Part shown: in pieces, positions 54,796 to 64,000 of the stretch | Layout: every line of letters begins with the position of its first letter | How positions within the stretch are numbered: the first letter of the stretch is position 1 | Source of the DNA: Auanema rhodensis | Lineage: Eukaryota; Animalia; Nematoda | NCBI GenBank assembly: GCA_964057225.1 | Contig: OZ059899.1 | Coordinates: 19,902,001 to 19,966,000 of the forward strand | Direction: 5' to 3' | DNA length: 64,000 nucleotides | The notes under the pieces: model-generated | What the model saw: only the letters and a program-made list of their open reading frames with translations | Databases searched by the model: none | Told to the model about the DNA's origin: nothing | Position numbers and translations under genes: made by a program

Positions 54796-55497
54796 TTGAA
54801 AAATGATGCATTAGTGTATGTTGAGTTTCCATGTACACTCAACATTGCTTCCAAAAACATATTTACAAAAATTTTTCCGAAAAATTTCAAAATAATTTCG
54901 CAAAAAGTAGATGTTTTTAGATTCCTTTTTTCAAGGCAAAGACGATGGACATTGTTATTCAACGAAAAAATTGATTCTGCAGGGTGAAAATTGAGGATAT
55001 AAGTGTGAACTTATATCAGTTGATATCTCGGTGCATTTTTAAGCTAACGCAAATCTGATAACACAGCTCGACGCAGCTTAAAAATCCGCATCGAATGCAC
55101 TATACAACATTGAGAAACGCTTAATACAAAAATTAGTTATAATCGTTTGAAAAATGATGCATTAGTGTATGTTGAGTTTCCATGTACACTCAACATTGCT
55201 TCCAAAAACATTTTGACAAAAATTTTTCCGAAAAATTTCGAGATAATTTCGCAAAAAGTAGATGTTTTTAGATTCCTTTTTTCAAGGCAAAGACGATGGA
55301 CATTGTTATTCAACGAAAAAATTGATTCTGCAGGGTGAAAATCGAGGATATAAGTGTGAACTTATATCAGTTGATATCTCGGTGCATTTTTAAGCTAGCG
55401 CAAATCTAATAACACAGATCGACGCAGCTTAAGAATCCGCATCGAATGCACTATACAACATTGAGAAACGCTTAATACAAAAATAAGTTATGATCGT

Positions 55498-58400
55498 TTG
55501 AAAAATGATGCATTAGTGTATGTTGAGTTTCCATGTACACTCAACATTGCTTCCAAAAACATTTTTACAAAAATTTTTCCGAAAACTTTCAAAATAATTT
55601 CGCAAAAAGTAGATGTTTTTAGATTCCTTTTTCCAAGGCAAAGACGATGGACATTGTTATTCAACGAAAAAATTGATTCTGCAGGGTGAAAATCGAGGAT
55701 ATAAGTGTGAACTTATATCAGTTGATATCTCGGTGCATTTTTAAGCTAACGCAAATCTGATAACACAGCTCGACGCAGCTTAAAAATCCGCATCGAATGC
55801 ACTATACAACATTGAGAAACGCTTAATACAAAAATTAGTTATAATCGTTTGAAAAATGATGCATTAGTGTATGTTGAGTTTCCATGTACACTCAACATTG
55901 CTTCCAAAAACATTTTGACAAAAATTTTTCCGAAAAATTTCGAGATAATTTCGCAAAAAGTAGATGTTTTTAGATTCCTTTTTTCAAGGCAAAGACGATG
56001 GACATTGTTATTCAACGAAAAAATTGATTCTGCAGGGTGAAAATCGAGGATATAAGTGTGAACTTATATCAGTTGATATCTCGGTGCATTTTTAAGCTAG
56101 CGCAAATCTGATAACACAGATCGACGCAGCTTAAGAATCCGCATCGAATGCACTATACAACATTGAGAAACGCTTAATACAAAAATTAGTTATGATCGTT
56201 TGAAAAATGATGCATTAGTGTATGTTGAGTTTCCATGTACACTCAACATTGCTTCCAAAAACATTTTTACAAAAATTTTTCCGAAAAATTTCGAAATAAT
56301 TTCGCAAAAAGTAGATGTTTTTAGATTCCTTTTTTCAAGGCAAAGACGATGGACATTGTTATTCAACGAAAAAATTGATTCTGCAGGGTGAAAATCGAGG
56401 ATATAAGTGTGAACTTATATCAGTTGATATCTCGGTGCATTTTTAAGCTAGCGCAAATCTAATAACACAGATCGACGCAGCTTAAAAATTCGCATCGAAT
56501 GCACTATACTGCATTGAGAAACGCTTAATACAAAAGTTAGTTATGATCGTTTGAAAAAAGATGCATTAGTGTATGTTGAGTTTCCATGTACACTCAACAT
56601 TGCTTCCAAAAACATTTTTACAAAAATTTTTCCGAAAAATTTCGAAATAATTTCGCAAAAAGTAGATGTTTTTAGATTCCTTTTTTCAAGGCAAAGACGA
56701 TGGACATTGTTATTCAACGAAAAAATTGATTCTGCAGGGTGAAAATCGAGGATATAAGTGTGAACTTATATCAGTTGATATCTCGGTGCATTTTTAAGCT
56801 AGCGCAAATCTGATAACACAGATCGACGCAGCTTAAAAATCCGCATCGAATGCACTATACAACATTGAGAAACGCTTAACACAAAAATTAGTTATGATCG
56901 TTTGAAAAATGATGCATTAGTGTATGTTGAGTTTCCATGTACACTCAACATTGCTTCCAAAAACATTTTGACAAAAATTTTTCCGAAAAATTTCGAAATA
57001 ATTTCGCAAAAAGTAGATGTTTTCAGATTCCTTTTTTCAAGGCAAAGACGATGGACATTGTTATTCAACGAAAAAATTGATTCTGCAGGGTGAAAATCGA
57101 GGATATAAGTGTGAACTTATATCAGTTGATATCTCGGTGCATTTTTAAGCTAGCGCAAATCTGATAACACAGCTCGACGCAGCTTAAAAATCCGCATCGA
57201 ATGCACTATACAACATTGAGAAACGCTTAATACAAAAATTAGTTATAATCGTTTGAAAAATGATGCATTAGTGTATGTTGAGTTTCCATGTACACTCAAC
57301 ATTGCTTCCAAAAACATTTTGACAAAAATTTTTCCGAAAAATTTCGAAATAATTTCGCAAAAAGTAGATGTTTTCAGATTCCTTTTTTCAAGGCAAAGAC
57401 GATGGACATTGTTATTCAACGAAAAAATTGATTCTGCAGGGTGAAAATCGAGGATATAAGTGTGAACTTATATCAGTTGATATCTCGGTGCATTTTTAAG
57501 CTAGCGCAAATCTGATAACACAGCTCGACGCAGCTTAAAAATCCGCATCGAATGCACTATACTACATTGAAAAACGCTTAATACAAAAATTAGTTATGAT
57601 CGTTTGAAAAATGATGCATTAGTGTATGTTGAGTTTCCATGTACACTCAACATTGCTTCCAAAAACATTTTGACAAAAATTTTTCCGAAAAATTTCGAAA
57701 TAATTTCGCAAAAAGTAGATGTTTTCAGATTCCTTTTTTCAAGGCAAAGACGATGGACATTGTTATTCAACGAAAAAATTGATTCTGCAGGGTGAAAATC
57801 GAGGATATAAGTGTGAACTTATATCAGTTGATATCTCGGTGCATTTTTAAGCTAGCGCAAATCTGATAACACAGCTCGACGCAGCTTAAAAATCCGCATC
57901 GAATGCACTATACTACATTGAAAAACGCTTAATACAAAAATTAGTTATGATCGTTTGAAAAATGATGCATTAGTGTATGTTGAGTTTCCATGTACACTCA
58001 ACATTGCTTCCAAAAACATTTTGACAAAAATTTTTCCAAAAAATTTCAAAATAATTTCGCAAAAAGTAAATGTTTTTAGATTCCTTTCTCCAAGGCAAAG
58101 ACGATGGACAATGTTATTCAACGAGAAAATTAATTCTGCAGGGTGAAAATCGAGGATATAAGTGTGAATTTATATCAGTTGATATCTCGGTGCATTTTTA
58201 AGCTAGCGCAAATCTGATAACACAGATCGACGCAGCTTAAAAATCCGCATCGAATGCACTATACTACATTGAGAAACGCTTGATACAAAAATTAGTTATG
58301 ATCGTTTGAAAAAAGATGCATTAGTGTATGTTGAGTTTCCATGTACACTCAACATTGCTTCCAAAAACATTTTGACAAAAATTTTTCCGAAAAATTTCGA

Positions 58401-61400
58401 AATAATTTCGCAAAAAGTAGATGTTTTCAGATTCCTTTTTTCAAGGCAAAGACGATGGACATTGTTATTCAACGAAAAAATTGATTCTGCAGGGTGAAAA
58501 TCGAGGATATAAGTGTGAACTTATATCAGTTGATATCTCGGTGCATTTTCAAGCTAGCGCAAATCTGATAACACAGCTCGACGCAGCTTAAAAATCCGCA
58601 TCGAATGCACTATACTACATTGAAAAACGCTTAATACAAAAATTAGTTATGATCGTTTGAAAAATGATGCATTAGTGTATGTTGAGTTTCCATGTACACT
58701 CAACATTGCTTCCAAAAACATTTTGACAAAAATTTTTCCAAAAAATTTCAAAATAATTTCGCAAAAAGTAAATGTTTTTAGATTCCTTTCTCCAAGGCAA
58801 AGACGATGGACAATGTTATTCAACGAGAAAATTAATTCTGCAGGGTGAAAATCGAGGATATAAGTGTGAATTTATATCAGTTGATATCTCGGTGCATTTT
58901 TAAGCTAGCGCAAATCTGATAACACAGATCGACGCAGCTTAAAAATCCGCATCGAATGCACTATACTACATTGAGAAACGCTTGATACAAAAATTAGTTA
59001 TGATCGTTTGAAAAAAGATGCATTAGTGTATGTTGAGTTTCCATGTACACTCAACATTGCTTCCAAAAACATTTTGACAAAAATTTTTCCGAAAAATTTC
59101 GAAATAATTTCGCAAAAAGTAGATGTTTTCAGATTCCTTTTTTCAAGGCAAAGACGATGGACATTGTTATTCAACGAAAAAATTGATTCTGCAGGGTGAA
59201 AATCGAGGATATAAGTGTGAACTTATATCAGTTGATATCTCGGTGCATTTTTAAGCTAGCGCAAATCTGATAACACAGCTCGACGCAGCTTAAAAATCCG
59301 CATCGAATGCACTATACAACATTGAGAAACGCTTAATACAAAAATTAGTTATAATCGTTTGAAAAATGATGCATTAGTGTATGTTGAGTTTCCATGTACA
59401 CTCAACATTGCTTCCAAAAACATTTTGACAAAAATTTTTCCGAAAAATTTCGGAATAATTTCGCAAAAAGTAGATGTTTTCAGATTCCTTTTTTCAAGGC
59501 AAAGACGATGGACATTGTTATTCAACGAAAAAATTGATTCTGCAGGGTGAAAATCGAGGATATAAGTGTGAACTTATATCAGTTGATATCTCGGTGCATT
59601 TTTAAGCTAGCGCAAATCTGATAACACAGATCGACGCAGCTTAAGAATCCGCATCGAATGCACTATACAACATTGAGAAACGCTTAATACAAAAATTAGT
59701 TATGATCGTTTGAAAAATGATGCATTAGTGTATGTTGAGTTTCCATGTACACTCAACATTGCTTCCAAAAACATTTTTACAAAAATTTTTCCGAAAAATT
59801 TCGAAATAATTTCGCAAAAAGTAGATGTTTTTAGATTCCTTTTTTCAAGGCAAAGACGATGGACATTGTTATTCAACGAAAAAATTGATTCTGCAGGGTG
59901 AAAATCGAGGATATAAGTGTGAACTTATATCAGTTGATATCTCGGTGCATTTTTAAGCTAGCGCAAATCTAATAACACAGATCGACGCAGCTTAAGAATC
60001 CGCATCGAATGCACTATACAACATTGAGAAACGCTTAATACAAAAATAAGTTATGATCGTTTGAAAAATGATGCATTAGTGTATGTTGAGTTTCCATGTA
60101 CACTCAACATTGCTTCCAAAAACATTTTTACAAAAATTTTTCCGAAAACTTTCAAAATAATTTCGCAAAAAGTAGATGTTTTTAGATTCCTTTTTCCAAG
60201 GCAAAGACGATGGACATTGTTATTCAACGAAAAAATTGATTCTGCAGGGTGAAAATCGAGGATATAAGTGTGAACTTATATCAGTTGATATCTCGGTGCA
60301 TTTTTAAGCTAGCGCAAATCTGATAACACAGATCGACGCAGCTTAAGAATCCGCATCGAATGCACTATACAACATTGAGAAACGCTTAATACAAAAATTA
60401 GTTATGATCGTTTGAAAAATGATGCATTAGTGTATGTTGAGTTTCCATGTACACTCAACATTGCTTCCAAAAACATTTTGACAAAAATTTTTCCAAAAAA
60501 TTTCAAAATAATTTCGCAAAAAGTAAATGTTTTTAGATTCCTTTCTCCAAGGCAAAGACGATGGACAATGTTATTCAACGAGAAAATTAATTCTGCAGGG
60601 TGAAAATCGAGGATATAAGTGTGAACTTATATCAGTTGATATCTCGGTGCATTTTTAAGCTAGCGCAAATCTGATAACACAGCTCGACGCAGCTTAAAAA
60701 TCCGCATCGAATGCACTATACAACATTGAGAAACGCTTAATACAAAAATTAGTTATAATCGTTTGAAAAATGATGCATTAGTGTATGTTGAGTTTCCATG
60801 TACACTCAACATTGCTTCCAAAAACATTTTTACAAAAATTTTTCCGAAAAATTTCGAAATAATTTCGCAAAAAGTAGATGTTTTTAGATTCCTTTTTTCA
60901 AGGCAAAGACGATGGACATTGTTATTCAACGAAAAAATTGATTCTGCAGGGTGAAAATCGAGGATATAAGTGTGAACTTATATCAGTTGATATCTCGGTG
61001 CATTTTTAAGCTAGCGCAAATCTAATAACACAGATCGACGCAGCTTAAGAATCCGCATCGAATGCACTATACAACATTGAGAAACGCTTAATACAAAAAT
61101 AAGTTATGATCGTTTGAAAAATGATGCATTAGTGTATGTTGAGTTTCCATGTACACTCAACATTGCTTCCAAAAACATTTTTACAAAAATTTTTCCGAAA
61201 ACTTTCAAAATAATTTCGCAAAAAGTAGATGTTTTTAGATTCCTTTTTCCAAGGCAAAGACGATGGACATTGTTATTCAACGAAAAAATTGATTCTGCAG
61301 GGTGAAAATCGAGGATATAAGTGTGAACTTATATCAGTTGATATCTCGGTGCATTTTTAAGCTAACGCAAATCTGATAACACAGCTCGACGCAGCTTAAA

Positions 61401-64000
61401 AATCCGCATCGAATGCACTATACAACATTGAGAAACGCTTAATACAAAAATTAGTTATAATCGTTTGAAAAATGATGCATTAGTGTATGTTGAGTTTCCA
61501 TGTACACTCAACATTGCTTCCAAAAACATTTTGACAAAAATTTTTCCGAAAAATTTCGAGATAATTTCGCAAAAAGTAGATGTTTTTAGATTCCTTTTTT
61601 CAAGGCAAAGACGATGGACATTGTTATTCAACGAAAAAATTGATTCTGCAGGGTGAAAATCGAGGATATAAGTGTGAACTTATATCAGTTGATATCTCGG
61701 TGCATTTTTAAGCTAGCGCAAATCTGATAACACAGATCGACGCAGCTTAAGAATCCGCATCGAATGCACTATACAACATTGAGAAACGCTTAATACAAAA
61801 ATTAGTTATGATCGTTTGAAAAATGATGCATTAGTGTATGTTGAGTTTCCATGTACACTCAACATTGCTTCCAAAAACATTTTTACAAAAATTTTTCCGA
61901 AAAATTTCGAAATAATTTCGCAAAAAGTAGATGTTTTTAGATTCCTTTTTTCAAGGCAAAGACGATGGACATTGTTATTCAACGAAAAAATTGATTCTGC
62001 AGGGTGAAAATCGAGGATATAAGTGTGAACTTATATCAGTTGATATCTCGGTGCATTTTTAAGCTAGCGCAAATCTAATAACACAGATCGACGCAGCTTA
62101 AAAATTCGCATCGAATGCACTATACTGCATTGAGAAACGCTTAATACAAAAGTTAGTTATGATCGTTTGAAAAAAGATGCATTAGTGTATGTTGAGTTTC
62201 CATGTACACTCAACATTGCTTCCAAAAACATTTTTACAAAAATTTTTCCGAAAAATTTCGAAATAATTTCGCAAAAAGTAGATGTTTTTAGATTCCTTTT
62301 TTCAAGGCAAAGACGATGGACATTGTTATTCAACGAAAAAATTGATTCTGCAGGGTGAAAATCGAGGATATAAGTGTGAACTTATATCAGTTGATATCTC
62401 GGTGCATTTTTAAGCTAGCGCAAATCTGATAACACAGATCGACGCAGCTTAAAAATCCGCATCGAATGCACTATACAACATTGAGAAACGCTTAACACAA
62501 AAATTAGTTATGATCGTTTGAAAAATGATGCATTAGTGTATGTTGAGTTTCCATGTACACTCAACATTGCTTCCAAAAACATTTTGACAAAAATTTTTCC
62601 GAAAAATTTCGAAATAATTTCGCAAAAAGTAGATGTTTTCAGATTCCTTTTTTCAAGGCAAAGACGATGGACATTGTTATTCAACGAAAAAATTGATTCT
62701 GCAGGGTGAAAATCGAGGATATAAGTGTGAACTTATATCAGTTGATATCTCGGTGCATTTTTAAGCTAGCGCAAATCTGATAACACAGCTCGACGCAGCT
62801 TAAAAATCCGCATCGAATGCACTATACAACATTGAGAAACGCTTAATACAAAAATTAGTTATAATCGTTTGAAAAATGATGCATTAGTGTATGTTGAGTT
62901 TCCATGTACACTCAACATTGCTTCCAAAAACATTTTGACAAAAATTTTTCCGAAAAATTTCGAAATAATTTCGCAAAAAGTAGATGTTTTCAGATTCCTT
63001 TTTTCAAGGCAAAGACGATGGACATTGTTATTCAACGAAAAAATTGATTCTGCAGGGTGAAAATCGAGGATATAAGTGTGAACTTATATCAGTTGATATC
63101 TCGGTGCATTTTTAAGCTAGCGCAAATCTGATAACACAGCTCGACGCAGCTTAAAAATCCGCATCGAATGCACTATACTACATTGAAAAACGCTTAATAC
63201 AAAAATTAGTTATGATCGTTTGAAAAATGATGCATTAGTGTATGTTGAGTTTCCATGTACACTCAACATTGCTTCCAAAAACATTTTGACAAAAATTTTT
63301 CCGAAAAATTTCGAAATAATTTCGCAAAAAGTAGATGTTTTCAGATTCCTTTTTTCAAGGCAAAGACGATGGACATTGTTATTCAACGAAAAAATTGATT
63401 CTGCAGGGTGAAAATCGAGGATATAAGTGTGAACTTATATCAGTTGATATCTCGGTGCATTTTTAAGCTAGCGCAAATCTGATAACACAGCTCGACGCAG
63501 CTTAAAAATCCGCATCGAATGCACTATACTACATTGAAAAACGCTTAATACAAAAATTAGTTATGATCGTTTGAAAAATGATGCATTAGTGTATGTTGAG
63601 TTTCCATGTACACTCAACATTGCTTCCAAAAACATTTTGACAAAAATTTTTCCAAAAAATTTCAAAATAATTTCGCAAAAAGTAAATGTTTTTAGATTCC
63701 TTTCTCCAAGGCAAAGACGATGGACAATGTTATTCAACGAGAAAATTAATTCTGCAGGGTGAAAATCGAGGATATAAGTGTGAATTTATATCAGTTGATA
63801 TCTCGGTGCATTTTTAAGCTAGCGCAAATCTGATAACACAGATCGACGCAGCTTAAAAATCCGCATCGAATGCACTATACTACATTGAGAAACGCTTGAT
63901 ACAAAAATTAGTTATGATCGTTTGAAAAAAGATGCATTAGTGTATGTTGAGTTTCCATGTACACTCAACATTGCTTCCAAAAACATTTTGACAAAAATTT
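55498..64000 (+). repeat. Block of at least 8 monomers duplicated at 5616-bp (16-monomer) spacing: 55498-58305 and 61114-63921
   Basis: Same variant order in both blocks, from the 'aaaact/ttttcc' monomer to the 'ctcca/gagaaa' monomer. Confidence 0.8.

Larger units (their letters stand above)
2174..64000 (+). repeat. Tandem satellite DNA array, 351-bp monomer, ~177 head-to-tail copies, continuing beyond window end
   Basis: ORF-track starts recur every 351 bp. Exceptions are five 352-bp units (3542, 5298, 6001, 6704, 34173) and four 264-bp rearranged units. Monomers differ by only a few recurrent SNPs. Confidence 0.99.

Noticed and set aside
2489-63762. About 170 copies of a 63-aa ORF (MKNDALVYVEF...) as a tandem gene family
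   Set aside because: Starts are TTG in eukaryotic DNA. Variants include stops (CGA>TGA in 8 units), frameshifts and loss of the TTG. Many recurrent SNPs are non-synonymous and no domain is recognisable. It is a by-product of the repeat.
2174-64000. CRISPR array
   Set aside because: No unique spacers (the whole 351-bp unit repeats) and no cas genes.

Overview
Eukaryotic repeat-rich DNA with no host genes, RNA genes or CRISPR. Bases 1-2173 are the 3' end of a Ty3/gypsy LTR retrotransposon: an intact DD35E integrase with a GPF motif and an unusual acidic/basic tail (to 1136), about 690 bp of AT-rich 3' spacer, and a ~345 bp 3' LTR (1829-2173). The LTR abuts a highly homogeneous head-to-tail 351-bp satellite array of ~177 monomers that runs past the window end. 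The ~170 63-aa 'ORFs' are artefacts of this repeat. The monomer is rich in dyad symmetries, and the LTR junction lies exactly at the axis of one of them. Four copies of a rearranged 264-bp monomer each contain an 84-bp fold-back. Monomer variants define spatial domains and higher-order repeats, and the LTR-proximal monomers match the distal 44-64 kb domain. Best hypothesis (inference): a centromere-like or heterochromatic satellite array with a possibly satellite-targeting, chromodomain-less gypsy element. The organism cannot be determined from this window.
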